Shown here piece by piece: positions 43,960 through 53,715 of a stretch of DNA of 64,000 bases; positions within the stretch are counted from its first letter, which is position 1, and each line of letters begins with the position of its first letter. Where the stretch lies: assembly GCA_963841435.1 (NCBI GenBank), contig CAWJCS010000006.1:576001-640000 (forward strand), given 5' to 3'. The stretch is from an uncultured delta proteobacterium. GTDB taxonomy: Bacteria > Myxococcota_A > Polyangia > Polyangiales > Polyangiaceae. The notes beneath the pieces are model-generated. The model was not told the DNA's origin. It ran no database searches and saw only the letters and a program-made list of their open reading frames with translations. The position numbers and the translations under genes were made by a program.

Positions 43960-45741
43960 GTGATTTCACCGGGTTCCGGAGCCAAGGCCCCAAGCTTCGC
44001 GGTGTTGATCCACGAGAAGGGGGGCTCCGAGCGCCGGGAGCGCTTTGCGAGCGCCGAGATTAGCGTCGGCCGCGTCCAGGGCAACGACATCGTCCTGCCC
44101 AAGGGCAACGTGTCGAAGCGGCACGCGCGGGTGCTCTATCGCGACGGCCGCTTCATCATCACGGACCTGAACAGCACGAACGGCACGTACGTGAACCGTC
44201 GCCGCATCACGCAGGCGACCATCGTCAGGGAAGGGGACAAGATCTACGTCGGCGACTTCGTTCTGAAGATCGAGCCGGCGCGGGCGGGTGACGAGGCCGA
44301 GCCCTCGCTCGAGCCCGAGTCCGCCCGTACGACGTCGCGCAGCGACTCGCAGCCCCCGTCGGTGCCGGAGAGCCCCTCGTACGCCGGGCGCGGCAGCATC
44401 CCGGACGAAGTGCCGGGCCGCCCGACGACCATGTCGCTCGAGCCGTCCACCCCGGCCGCCACGCCGCGGGGCTCGGAAAGCGCCGAGCTTGCCGAGCACA
44501 CGGAGCCGAGCGAGGTGATTGGCGCGCTCGTCGCTAGGGTGGCCGAACGCCTCGGGCCCGGCCGCGATCTCGGTCGGCCCGGCGACGCGCCGCTGCAGCA
44601 AACCGTTGACCGGCTGCTTCAGGAGACCTGGGCCCAGATGGAGCACGAGGCCGTCGGCCTCCCCGCCGATCGGGTGCTCGGGCGCGCTCGCGCGGAGCTC
44701 GTCGACCTCGGGCCGCTCGGGGATCTCATCGCCGACGAAAGCGTGCTCGAGATCGGCATCCCGCGCTTCGACCGGCTCGTCGTCGCCCGCGCCTCGCGCC
44801 CGACCAGCGTCGAGCCGGGCTTTTCGTCGGAGCTCTCGCTCGGCTGGGCCTTGCACCGGCTCTGTGAGCAAGGTGGCGCGCCGCTGCGCGCCGGCGAAAC
44901 GTTTTTCGAGCGCCGCCTTTCGGGTGGCCTCGGCCTACAAGGGGTGCTCGCCCTTGGTCCGGCGGGGGCACTCGCTCACCTGCGCCGCCCCAAGCGTCCG
45001 TTGCATTCGCTCGAGGATCTGCTGCGGCGCGGCACGCTATCGCGCGCCATGGTCTCTTTCCTCCAACACTGTCTCGTCGCGCGCCTGAACTTGCTCGTCG
45101 TGGGACCGCGCGACGGCGGCGCGGAGGTGCTGCTCGGCGCGCTCGCGATGTCGCCGGTCGACGGCACGCCCGTCTGGGTATCGGAGGCGAGTCAGGCTCC
45201 GCTGCCGGGCATGCCTCGCCTCGACCCCTCTCAGCCCGCCGAGCGACTGCAGCGCGCGCTGCGCCTCGCCGCCCGCCTGCCGGGAACCCGCCTCATGGTC
45301 GATCTGATGCAGCCGGGCATGATGGGCGCCGTCGTCGAGGTCACGGGCGAGGGGACGGACGGCGTGGTCGGGTCGCGTACCGGCGCCGGCCTCGGGCGCG
45401 CCCTCTCCCGCCTCGCCGTCGAGCTCACCGCTCAGGGCCTCGCGCCGAACCTCGCCTCGGCCCGCGAGCTCGTGGCTGGCTCGTTCGACCTCGCCATCGA
45501 GGTGCTAAAGCTCCGCGACGGCCGCCAGCGTGCGGTGCGTATCGCGGAGATCCAGGGCGCGGGGTTCGAGAGCTTCCAGCTGAGCGACATCTTCAGCTTC
45601 GTCGCCGACCGTACTGCCGCTGGCGGCGTCATCGAAGGAACGTTCGTCTCGAGCGGCACCGTCCCCCGCATCGCCGAAGCCATGCGTGCGCGCGGCGTTC
45701 AGCTCGAGACGGCGCTGTTCTCGCGCCCGATGTCGCGCTAG
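43960..45741 (+). CDS. FHA domain plus degenerate TadA/CpaF-family ATPase
   Basis: VGRVQGNDIVLPKGNVSKRHA..DLNSTNGTYVN; LGPLGDLIADESVLEI, LEDLLRRGTLS, RLNLLVVG, LRDGRQRAVRIAEI, DIFSF. Confidence 0.82.
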   Translation: MISPGSGAKAPSFAVLIHEKGGSERRERFASAEISVGRVQGNDIVLPKGNVSKRHARVLYRDGRFIITDLNSTNGTYVNRRRITQATIVREGDKIYVGDFVLKIEPARAGDEAEPSLEPESARTTSRSDSQPPSVPESPSYAGRGSIPDEVPGRPTTMSLEPSTPAATPRGSESAELAEHTEPSEVIGALVARVAERLGPGRDLGRPGDAPLQQTVDRLLQETWAQMEHEAVGLPADRVLGRARAELVDLGPLGDLIADESVLEIGIPRFDRLVVARASRPTSVEPGFSSELSLGWALHRLCEQGGAPLRAGETFFERRLSGGLGLQGVLALGPAGALAHLRRPKRPLHSLEDLLRRGTLSRAMVSFLQHCLVARLNLLVVGPRDGGAEVLLGALAMSPVDGTPVWVSEASQAPLPGMPRLDPSQPAERLQRALRLAARLPGTRLMVDLMQPGMMGAVVEVTGEGTDGVVGSRTGAGLGRALSRLAVELTAQGLAPNLASARELVAGSFDLAIEVLKLRDGRQRAVRIAEIQGAGFESFQLSDIFSFVADRTAAGGVIEGTFVSSGTVPRIAEAMRARGVQLETALFSRPMSR

Positions 45742-45778
45742 CACGCGCCCGGCAAGCAGCGCTCGAGGCGCGGGCTAG
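45738..45778. terminator. Hairpin between convergent genes
   Basis: CTAGCACGCGCC / GGCGCGGGCTAG, 11 of 12 bp paired; no U-tract. Confidence 0.3.
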
Positions 45779-45784
45779 TCCGCG

Positions 45785-46309
45785 CTACTCCGCTTGCACG
45801 TCACGCTGCTCTTTGCGAGCCTGCGCGAGCTTTCGCCCCATCATGCGCTTCTTCAGGGCGTTCAGCTTGTCGATCATCAGCACGCCGTCGAGGTGGTCGG
45901 TCTCGTGCTGAATCGCGACGGCGAGCAGCCCCTCCGCCTCGAGCTCGAAGGAGCGACCCTCGCGGTCGAGGGCGCGCACCTTCACACGCTTGGCGCGCTT
46001 GATCTCTTCACGCACTCCTGGAAACGAGAGGCAACCCTCGTCCCACGCGACCTGGCCGTCCTTCTCGAAAATTTCAGGATTGATGAACACCCTGAGATCG
46101 CTCGGTTCGTCTTCCTCGGCGCAATCCACCACGAAAATCCTGTGCATTTCCCCGATTTGCGTGGCGGCGAGGCCACAGCCGGGCGCCGCGTACATGGTCT
46201 CGGCCATGTCGTCGACGAGCGTCTGGATTTCCGGCGTCACCGCCGCGACGGGGTTTGCGACCTCGCGCAGGCGCGGGTCGGGGTACTCGAGAATCGGTCG
46301 GATTGCCAC
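45785..46309 (-). CDS. def: Peptide deformylase
   Basis: GCGLAATQIG, EGCLS, QHETDHLDG. Confidence 0.96.
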   Translation of the reverse strand: MAIRPILEYPDPRLREVANPVAAVTPEIQTLVDDMAETMYAAPGCGLAATQIGEMHRIFVVDCAEEDEPSDLRVFINPEIFEKDGQVAWDEGCLSFPGVREEIKRAKRVKVRALDREGRSFELEAEGLLAVAIQHETDHLDGVLMIDKLNALKKRMMGRKLAQARKEQRDVQAE

Positions 46310-46344
46310 GCTAAAAGCAATCTAACACCGGTCTCCGAGGTGCG

Positions 46345-47475
46345 CTACTGGCCGCCCGCGGGAGGACGCGCCGCTTTCTTCGGAACGACGAGCGGACCCC
46401 ACACGTACGCGTCCGAGCCGCAGAGCTCCCAGTGCGCGGGGTCGATGCGCGGCGCGTCGGGCGGGCTCTCGGGCCCGGCCCAGTCCACGGCCCCCGGGCG
46501 GCCGCGCGGTCCGAGCAGGACCGGCGCGACGAATACGTGCAGCTCTTGCGGGAGCTGGGCCGCGAGCAGCGAACCGGCGAGCTCCGCGCCGCCCTCGCAC
46601 AGCACGTTGACGACCTCGCGCGACGCGAGCTCGGTGAGGATGGCGAGTGGGTCGCAGCGGCCCTCCGCGGTCGCAGCGACGCGGATCACGCGCACGCCGA
46701 GTGCCTCGAGCTCCTCGGCGGCGGAGCGCGGCGCCGCGGACGTCGTGATCACGCAGGTCGGCACCTGCTGTGCGGTCTGCACCACCTGGGCCGTGGGCGG
46801 GATCCTGAGCTTGCTGTCGACGATCACGCGGATCGGGTTGCGACCCGGCACGTCGCGCACGGTGAGGCGGGGATCGTCGGCGAGCACGGTGGCGACGCCG
46901 ACGAGCACGGCGTCGTGCTGGGCGCGCAGCTGGTGCACGCGCGTGCGGGACTCCGAGCAGGTGATCCACTTCGACGCCCCCGTGCGGGTTGCGATGCGCC
47001 CGTCGAGCGAAACGCCGAGTTTGAGGGAAAGGTAGCTCTTGCCCGTCGTGATGAAATGACTCCACGGCCGAATGAGCTCGAGCGACTCGGCCTCGAGCAC
47101 GCCGACCTTCACCTCGACGCCCGCGGCTTCCAGGCGCTCGAGGCCGCCGCCCTTGACGCTCGGATTCGGATCGCGGCAACCGACGACGACCCGACGCACG
47201 CCCGCCGCGAGGATCGCATCGACGCACGGCGGTGTCCTGCCGTCGTGGTTGCACGGCTCGAGCGTCACGTAGAGCGTCGCACCCCGCGCTTTCTCGCCCG
47301 CGCCCGCGAGCGCCACGATCTCCGCGTGGTCGGCGCCGGCGGCCGTGTGGTGACCCTCGCCCACGACCGCGTCGCCGAGCACCACCACCGACCCCACGTG
47401 TGGGTTCGGCGACGGATCACCGTGGCGCCCGAGCTCGAGCGCGCGTTGCATGAAGGCGGGTTCGGCGTCCTTCAC
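46345..47475 (-). CDS. ribD: Riboflavin biosynthesis deaminase/reductase
   Basis: PNPHVG, HAE, TLEPCNH..TPPC, SLDGRIA..SKWIT, EGGAELAGS. Confidence 0.95.
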   Translation of the reverse strand: MKDAEPAFMQRALELGRHGDPSPNPHVGSVVVLGDAVVGEGHHTAAGADHAEIVALAGAGEKARGATLYVTLEPCNHDGRTPPCVDAILAAGVRRVVVGCRDPNPSVKGGGLERLEAAGVEVKVGVLEAESLELIRPWSHFITTGKSYLSLKLGVSLDGRIATRTGASKWITCSESRTRVHQLRAQHDAVLVGVATVLADDPRLTVRDVPGRNPIRVIVDSKLRIPPTAQVVQTAQQVPTCVITTSAAPRSAAEELEALGVRVIRVAATAEGRCDPLAILTELASREVVNVLCEGGAELAGSLLAAQLPQELHVFVAPVLLGPRGRPGAVDWAGPESPPDAPRIDPAHWELCGSDAYVWGPLVVPKKAARPPAGGQ

Positions 47476-47942
47476 GGCTGTTTGTCGCCCCGTGCTTGCA
47501 TCATGTCATCCATTTCCGCCATGAACTCGTCGATGTCTCGGAAGGACTTGTAGACACTCGCGAAGCGCACGTAGGCGACGCCGTCGAGCTCCTTGAGCCG
47601 CGCCATCACGCGCTCGCCGACGGCGCCCGAGGAAATCTCCTTCTCGCCCCGCTCGGCGAGCTCGCGCTCGAGCTCCGCGGCGGTCTCCTCGAGCCGATCC
47701 GTCGCGATCGGACGCTTGTTGCAGGCGATACGCAGGCTGCGCAGGATCTTGTCGCGCTCGAACGGTTCGCGCTGGCCGTCGCGCTTCACTACGACCGGTA
47801 AGGCGTGCTCGACGCGCTCGTACGTCGTGAAACGCCGCTGGCAGGCGTCGCAAGCACGCCGGCGCCACACGGCGGTACCCCCGGCTGCGTCGCGGGAGTC
47901 CACGACGCGGCTCTCCATGGCTCGACAGTAGGGGCATTGCAT
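47472..47942 (-). CDS. nrdR: Transcriptional repressor NrdR
   Basis: MQCPYC..SRVVDSR..RRRAC..C..RFTTYE; VAYVRFASVY. Confidence 0.96.
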   Translation of the reverse strand: MQCPYCRAMESRVVDSRDAAGGTAVWRRRACDACQRRFTTYERVEHALPVVVKRDGQREPFERDKILRSLRIACNKRPIATDRLEETAAELERELAERGEKEISSGAVGERVMARLKELDGVAYVRFASVYKSFRDIDEFMAEMDDMMQARGDKQP

Positions 47943-48008
47943 GAAAGTCCGGGGACGACGGGTCGCGAGCTCCACGGCACGGGAGCGCGACCGGGAGCTT
48001 AGCGACCT

Positions 48009-49253
48009 TCAGCCGTCGAAGGCCGAGTAGACGAGGCAGGCGTTGGTGCCGCCGAAGCCGAAGGAATTCGTGAGGACTTTCCGGACTCGTCGCTCGCGCG
48101 CCTTGAGCGGCACGAAATCGAGAACGCAGTCGGGGTCCGGATCCACGAGATTGATGGTGGGCGGGATGACGCCGGTTTCGATGGCTTTCAGACACACCCC
48201 CGACTCGACCGCGCCGGCGGCGCCGAGCAGGTGCCCCATCATGCTCTTCGTGGAGCTCACCCACAGCTTCTTGTCGAGCGCGTGGGCCCCGAACACGTCG
48301 CTGATGGCCCTCGACTCCTCGGTGTCGCCCGCGGGCGTCGAGGTGCCGTGCGCGTTGATGTACTCGATCTGGTCGGGGTTCAGCTTCGCGTCCTTGAGTG
48401 CCAGGCGCATCGCCCGCGCACCGCCCGCGCCGTTCGGCGAAGGCTTGGTGATGTGGTACGCGTCGCTCGTCGCGCCGTAACCGATCACCTCGGCGAGGAT
48501 GCGCGCGCCGCGCCGCTTCGCGCGCGTGAGCGTTTCGAGCACGAGCGTGCCCGCGCCCTCTCCACACACGAAGCCGTCTCGCCCGCGGTCCCAGGGTCGG
48601 CTCGCGCCGGCCGGGTCGTCGTTGCGGCGGCTCAGGGCAAACATCGCGCTGAAGCCCGCGATGCCGATGGGCGAAATCGTGGCTTCGGCGCCGCCGGCGA
48701 CCATGACGTCCGCATCACCGCGCTGCATCCAGCGCAGCGCCTCGCCGATGGCGTGCGCGCTCGAGGAGCAAGCGCTCGTGTGCGAGAGCGTCGGGCCGCG
48801 CAGGCCGTGCGCGATCGACACCTGGCCCGCGGCCATGTTCGCGATCAGCGAAGGGATGAAATAGGGGCTCACCTTGCCGGGGCCCTTGTGCTCGAGCGTC
48901 AGCGTGCACCGCTCGAGGTTCTCCAGGCCCCCGAGGCCCACTCCGATGAAGACCCCGGCCCGTTCTCGCTCCTCTTCGCTGAGGTCGAGCTGGGCCTGCT
49001 CCATCGCCATCTTCGTGGCGGCCATCGAGAAGGGGATGAAGCGGCCGACCTCTTTGATCTTCTTCTTCTCCATGAACTCGGCGGGCTCGAACCCCTTCAC
49101 CTCCGCCGCGATGCGCGTCGCGAACGCCTCCGTATCGAAGAGCGTGATCGGTCCTGCGCCACTCTCGCCTTTGACGAGCGACTGCCAGCTGGCATCGACT
49201 CCGATGCCATTCGGCGTGACGAGGCCGAGGCCAGTAACTACGACGCGCTCCAT
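48009..49253 (-). CDS. fabF: Beta-ketoacyl-ACP synthase II
   Basis: [39 protein letters not shown]. Confidence 0.96.
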   Translation of the reverse strand: MERVVVTGLGLVTPNGIGVDASWQSLVKGESGAGPITLFDTEAFATRIAAEVKGFEPAEFMEKKKIKEVGRFIPFSMAATKMAMEQAQLDLSEEERERAGVFIGVGLGGLENLERCTLTLEHKGPGKVSPYFIPSLIANMAAGQVSIAHGLRGPTLSHTSACSSSAHAIGEALRWMQRGDADVMVAGGAEATISPIGIAGFSAMFALSRRNDDPAGASRPWDRGRDGFVCGEGAGTLVLETLTRAKRRGARILAEVIGYGATSDAYHITKPSPNGAGGARAMRLALKDAKLNPDQIEYINAHGTSTPAGDTEESRAISDVFGAHALDKKLWVSSTKSMMGHLLGAAGAVESGVCLKAIETGVIPPTINLVDPDPDCVLDFVPLKARERRVRKVLTNSFGFGGTNACLVYSAFDG

Positions 49254-49322
49254 GCCCTACTTCTGGGACGGCCCGCGCTCGGCCAGGGCCACGTCGGGCC
49301 CGTGGGCCGAGCCAGCGGGAAC

Positions 49323-49571
49323 CTAGCTCGCGAGATGCTTCTCGATGTAATCGACGGCGTCCTGGACGGTGCGGATCTTCTCCGTGTCCTCGTCGGGGAT
49401 GTCGATCTCGAAGGCTTCTTCGAAGGCCAGCACCAGCTCGACCAAGCCGAGGGAATCGGCTCCGAGGTCGTCGATGAACGTCGACTCGGGCTTGATGTCC
49501 TTTTCGTCGACGTCGAGCTGCTCCTTGATGATCCGCTTTACTTCGGCCGTGATGTTGCGACCTTCAGCCAT
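49323..49571 (-). CDS. acpP: Acyl carrier protein
   Basis: [21 protein letters not shown]. Confidence 0.96.
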   Translation of the reverse strand: MAEGRNITAEVKRIIKEQLDVDEKDIKPESTFIDDLGADSLGLVELVLAFEEAFEIDIPDEDTEKIRTVQDAVDYIEKHLAS

Positions 49572-49659
49572 GGTGCCTCTTTCGTTCTGGGGCGCCTCTA
49601 CACCAGCGAGTTGCCCGCTTGCATGCGTTTTTTGTGGATAGCAAGTCAATCCCCAACAA

Positions 49660-50412
49660 TTACATGTACATCCCACCGTTGACGCGGAGGGCATGTCCGG
49701 TGACGTAAGCCGCTTCGTCCGAGGCCAAATAGGCAACGGCGGCGGCGATTTCCCGCGAGGTTCCCGTGCGGCCCACGGGGATTGCAGCCACGGTCCGCTC
49801 CCGCTGCTCGTCGGTCATGCCGCTCGTCATGTCGGTGTCGACGAAGCCGGGAGTGATGGCGTTGACCGTGATGCCGCGCGATGCGTACTCGAGCGCGAGG
49901 CTCTTCGCCACACCGAGCAGCGCGGCCTTCGACGCGGCGTAGGCCGTCTGGCCGGCGTTGCCGCGCTCGCCGACGACGCTCGACATGAAAATCACGCGCC
50001 CTGCTTTCGCCCGCATCATCACCTTGATCGCCGCGCGAGCGCAGGCGACCGAGCCTTTGAGGTTCACGGCGAGGGTGCGCTCCAAGTCTTCTTCCTTGAG
50101 GCGCAGGAGCAGCCCATCGATGGACACACCGGCGTTCGCCACGAGGATGTCGAGGCGACCCAGGCGCTTGGCGAGCTCCGCGATCGCGGCTTCGGCGGCG
50201 ACGGTTTCGGAGATGTCGAGGCGCAGCGCCTCGGCGCTCCGGCCGAGCCGCTGAACACTTTCCACGGTTTCGCGCGCGGCGGCCTCGTTGCCGACGTACG
50301 TGATGACGACGTTGGCGCCTTGCTCGGCGAGCGCTTCGGCCGCAGCCCGGCCTATGCCGCGCGAGCCGCCGGTGACGAGCGCCACCTTTGAGCCGAGGTC
50401 GAACAAGGCCAT
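49660..50412 (-). CDS. fabG: 3-oxoacyl-ACP reductase
   Basis: [27 protein letters not shown]. Confidence 0.94.
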   Translation of the reverse strand: MALFDLGSKVALVTGGSRGIGRAAAEALAEQGANVVITYVGNEAAARETVESVQRLGRSAEALRLDISETVAAEAAIAELAKRLGRLDILVANAGVSIDGLLLRLKEEDLERTLAVNLKGSVACARAAIKVMMRAKAGRVIFMSSVVGERGNAGQTAYAASKAALLGVAKSLALEYASRGITVNAITPGFVDTDMTSGMTDEQRERTVAAIPVGRTGTSREIAAAVAYLASDEAAYVTGHALRVNGGMYM

Positions 50413-50764
50413 GAGCGGCGGCCTGTTTAGCACGCCCGGCCTCCGTGCAAAGCGAGATTGTGGCGTCGGGCGTCCTCCGCCGCCTCGGTGCGAAGGCGGG
50501 TACGCTCCCGCGCGGAACTGGTTCTACCGCTTCCGCGGCGATGCTGGGCGCTCCATTCAGGGCAGCCCGGGGCTCGTCGAAGAGCAAAGCTCCCGCTCGA
50601 AACGGCCCGAGCTGCGCGTCGAGCCGGTGCATGCCGAGCCGGCGCCCGCCCCCACGTCCCGGCCTGCCGGCACTCCGGCCACGCGACGGGCGCGGCGGAA
50701 AACCCATCGCTCGTGATGGGCTCGAGCATCGTCGAAGCGGGCGCACCACCGTGGAAGCGGTGCA

Positions 50765-51706
50765 CTAGGGGAGAAAGGCGCGTACCTCCGAGAAGCGCTC
50801 GGGGTCGAAGCACCCGAGGACGCTCACGCGCTTGTCGATGCGCTTCACGAGCCCCAAAAGCACCTTGCCCGGGCCGATCTCGAGCGCTCGTGTCACCCCC
50901 GCCTCGGCGACGTATTGAATCGAGGCGTCCCAGCGCACCGGTCGATCGATCTGGGCGACGAGCAGCGCTCGCACGCGCGTGCGGTCCTGGTTCGGCGCCG
51001 CATCGACGTTGGCGACGACGGGAAACGCGAGCTCGCCGATGGTGATCGTCTCGAGCGCCTCGTCGACGGCGCGCGCCGCGGGCGCCATGAGCGCGCAATG
51101 AAACGGCGCGCTCACCTTGAGCGGGATGCCCTTGAGCTTCTGCTGCTGGGCAAGCTCCACGGCGCGGCTCACTGCGCCCGCAGTACCCGAGATCACGATC
51201 TGGCCCGGCGCGTTGAAATTCGCAGGGGAGAGTACTTCTCCGCCCGCGGCTTGCTCGCAGAGCGCGGCGATCGCTGCCGGGTCACCGCCCATGATCGCGG
51301 CCATCGCGCCCTGTCCGGGTGGTACCGCCGCCTGCATCGCGCGGCCGCGCAGGTGCACGAGCCGCACGGCGTCCTCGAGCTCGATGGCGCCGGCAGCAAC
51401 GAGCGCGCTGTACTCCCCGAGCGAGTGCCCGAGCGCGAAGCGCGGTGCCGGCAGGTCCGGTAGCGCCTCGCGCAGTGCGGCGAGCGCGGCGATGCTCGCC
51501 GTCACGATTGCCGGCTGCGCGTGCTCGGTGAGCGTGAGCTCTTCCTGGGGGCCCTCGAAGCAGAGCTGGGAGATCGAGTAGCCGAGCGCCGTGTCGGCTC
51601 GCTCGAAGACCTCGCGTGCGGCCTTCGACGCCGCGACGAGCGCGCGTCCCATCCCCACTTCCTGCGTTCCTTGTCCGGGAAAAAGCCAAGCAACCACGAT
51701 GTTCAC
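50765..51706 (-). CDS. fabD: Malonyl-CoA:ACP transacylase
   Basis: FPGQG, GHSLGEY, VSAPFH, EIGPGKVL. Confidence 0.95.
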   Translation of the reverse strand: MNIVVAWLFPGQGTQEVGMGRALVAASKAAREVFERADTALGYSISQLCFEGPQEELTLTEHAQPAIVTASIAALAALREALPDLPAPRFALGHSLGEYSALVAAGAIELEDAVRLVHLRGRAMQAAVPPGQGAMAAIMGGDPAAIAALCEQAAGGEVLSPANFNAPGQIVISGTAGAVSRAVELAQQQKLKGIPLKVSAPFHCALMAPAARAVDEALETITIGELAFPVVANVDAAPNQDRTRVRALLVAQIDRPVRWDASIQYVAEAGVTRALEIGPGKVLLGLVKRIDKRVSVLGCFDPERFSEVRAFLP

Positions 51707-52698
51707 ATCCTCACGAGCGCGCTCCCCCACGAGATACCCGCTCCGAGCGCGCACATCAACACGGTGTCGCCCGGGCGAATGCGACCGTCACGCACGCCTT
51801 CGTCGAGGGCGAGCGGGATCGAGGCGCTCGACGTGTTGCCGTAGCGCTCGATGTTGAGCACGAAACGCTCGAGCGGGATGCCGAGGCGCAGCGCGACCTG
51901 ATTGATGATGCGGAGGTTCGCCTGGTGCGGCACGACCCAGCGCACGCCGTTCGCGTCGAGCCCGGCCGCATCGAGCGCGGCGCGGGAGGCCGCCGTGAGA
52001 TTCTTGACGGCGACCTTGAAAATGTCCGACCCCACCATGAAGACCTTGTTGCGCTGGGCGCGCAGGCCCTCGACCGTGAGCGGCTCGCGGCTGCCACCAG
52101 CCGGGATGCACAGCGAGTCCGCGAGCGAGGCGTCGGTGTAAAGGCGCGTGGAAAGCACGCCCCTGCCGTCGTCGCCCGCCGGCGCGACGATGGCCGCTCC
52201 GGCGCCGTCACCAAAGAGGACGCAGGTCACGCGGTCCTGCCAGTTGAGGATGCGGCTGAGGAGCTCGACGCCGACGACGAGGATGCGCCGGTGCGTCCCG
52301 GTCTTGATGAACTGGTCGGCGATCGACAGGCCGTAGAGGAATCCGGCGCAGGCCGCGGAGATGTCGAAGGCGGGTACGGAGCGGGCCCCGAGCCTTCGCT
52401 GCAGGTAGGCGGCGCAGGCCGGCATCGGCAGATCCGCCGAGATCGTGCCCACGATGATCATGTCGAGGTCGGTCGGCTTCAGGCCCGCGGCATCGAGGGC
52501 GCGCCGGGCCGCCTCGAAGGCCATATCGCTCGCGGTCTCGTCTTCGCGAGCGATGCGGCGCTCGCGCATACCCGTCCGCTGCTGGATCCACTCGTCCGAG
52601 GTGTCCACCATGCGCGCGAGGTCCTCGTTCGTGAGGACGCGCTCGGGCGCGTAGGCTCCCGTGCCGACGATTTGGCTGCCGGGCCGCTCACTGCCCAT
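51703..52698 (-). CDS. fabH: Beta-ketoacyl-ACP synthase III
   Basis: DTSDEWI..RTG, AACAGF, LFGDGAGA, PHQAN, YGNTSSAS. Confidence 0.96.
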   Translation of the reverse strand: MGSERPGSQIVGTGAYAPERVLTNEDLARMVDTSDEWIQQRTGMRERRIAREDETASDMAFEAARRALDAAGLKPTDLDMIIVGTISADLPMPACAAYLQRRLGARSVPAFDISAACAGFLYGLSIADQFIKTGTHRRILVVGVELLSRILNWQDRVTCVLFGDGAGAAIVAPAGDDGRGVLSTRLYTDASLADSLCIPAGGSREPLTVEGLRAQRNKVFMVGSDIFKVAVKNLTAASRAALDAAGLDANGVRWVVPHQANLRIINQVALRLGIPLERFVLNIERYGNTSSASIPLALDEGVRDGRIRPGDTVLMCALGAGISWGSALVRM

Positions 52699-52810
52699 GG
52701 CCGCTTCCTACGATCGCCGCCCGACCGGCGTCACCTAAAATGGTTGAACCACGTTCGGCCGGCTGGCCGCCTGCGCCGTGGAGGCGCTCGTCCCGCCAGA
52801 GGGGCGTGAC

Positions 52811-52999
52811 CTAGCCCGTGGTGTCGATCTTGATGACCTCGCGCGCCTTGTAGTGGCCGCAGGAGGGACAGACCCGGTGCGGCACCATGGGCGCCGAGCA
52901 GTTCGGGCACGGCACGATGTTCGGCGCGGTCACCTTGTCGTGCTGCGCACGACGCATGTTGCGTCGGCTACCGCTCTTTCTGCGCTTCGGTACGGCCAC
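52811..52999 (-). CDS. rpmF: 50S ribosomal protein L32
   Basis: MAVPKRRKS..RRA, CPNC..PHRVCPSCG.Y. Confidence 0.96.
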   Translation of the reverse strand: MAVPKRRKSGSRRNMRRAQHDKVTAPNIVPCPNCSAPMVPHRVCPSCGHYKAREVIKIDTTG

Positions 53000-53001
53000 G
53001 G

Positions 53002-53649
53002 CTACTCCTTTTCGGCCTGACCCCGGAGCCGCTCCAAAATGCCCTGGAGTGGCTTCAACCGGGGATCGATGGGCTTCGACGTTTCGGTCGGCCCAGCGAG
53101 GGGGGCGGAGCTTATGCTTTCTTCCGGCGAAGGCAAGTCGGAACGCCGCGGGTAGGGGGGGATTTCGAGCAGGATGAACTCCCTCACGAAGGGGTCGAGG
53201 ATGATTTCCTCCCCTGAGTAGGTATCTCGCGCCGCGTCCTCGTCCGAGAGCTCGGGCTCGAGCTCGCCCCGCCCTTTTCTCGGGCGTCCCTTGGCAGCGG
53301 TCACGCGATCAGCGGGGGCTTTCTCGCTGGTTTTCTTCAGTTTTTTGCCGCGAGCCGCTGGCTCCGCGCTGGGCTCGAGCACGAGGAGGACCTCGGGCTC
53401 GAGGTCGAAGGTGAGCGGCTCGAGCGTGACGACGCACGGGACCGTCACTTGAACCCGGCAGCGACCGCGGACGAGCACGTCACGCTCGTTCTTCATGAGC
53501 TCGAGGGAGAGGGTCCCCGCCTGGCCCCCCGGGGCCGCGTCGCTCTCGGCGAGCGCGCCGCGGAGCCAGCCCTCGGAGATTTCGAAAGTCACTCGGCGCG
53601 GCCCGTGCTCGAGGTCGCTCAGCTTGACGACGAAGCTCGGAGTCGCCAC
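53002..53649 (-). CDS. yceD: YceD/DUF177 family protein
   Basis: VPCVVTLEP, LDPFVREFILLEIP, IDPRL; upstream of rpmF. Confidence 0.85.
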   Translation of the reverse strand: MATPSFVVKLSDLEHGPRRVTFEISEGWLRGALAESDAAPGGQAGTLSLELMKNERDVLVRGRCRVQVTVPCVVTLEPLTFDLEPEVLLVLEPSAEPAARGKKLKKTSEKAPADRVTAAKGRPRKGRGELEPELSDEDAARDTYSGEEIILDPFVREFILLEIPPYPRRSDLPSPEESISSAPLAGPTETSKPIDPRLKPLQGILERLRGQAEKE

Positions 53650-53715
53650 GCGCCGAGCCTAGCACGGCACGCTGACCGTCGCCGGGGCCAGTCGCCTGGG
53701 TTAGCGTCCGACACG

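Noticed and set aside
48009-52698. Possible type II PKS cluster
   Set aside because: Canonical housekeeping fab order next to rpmF; no chain-length factor or tailoring genes
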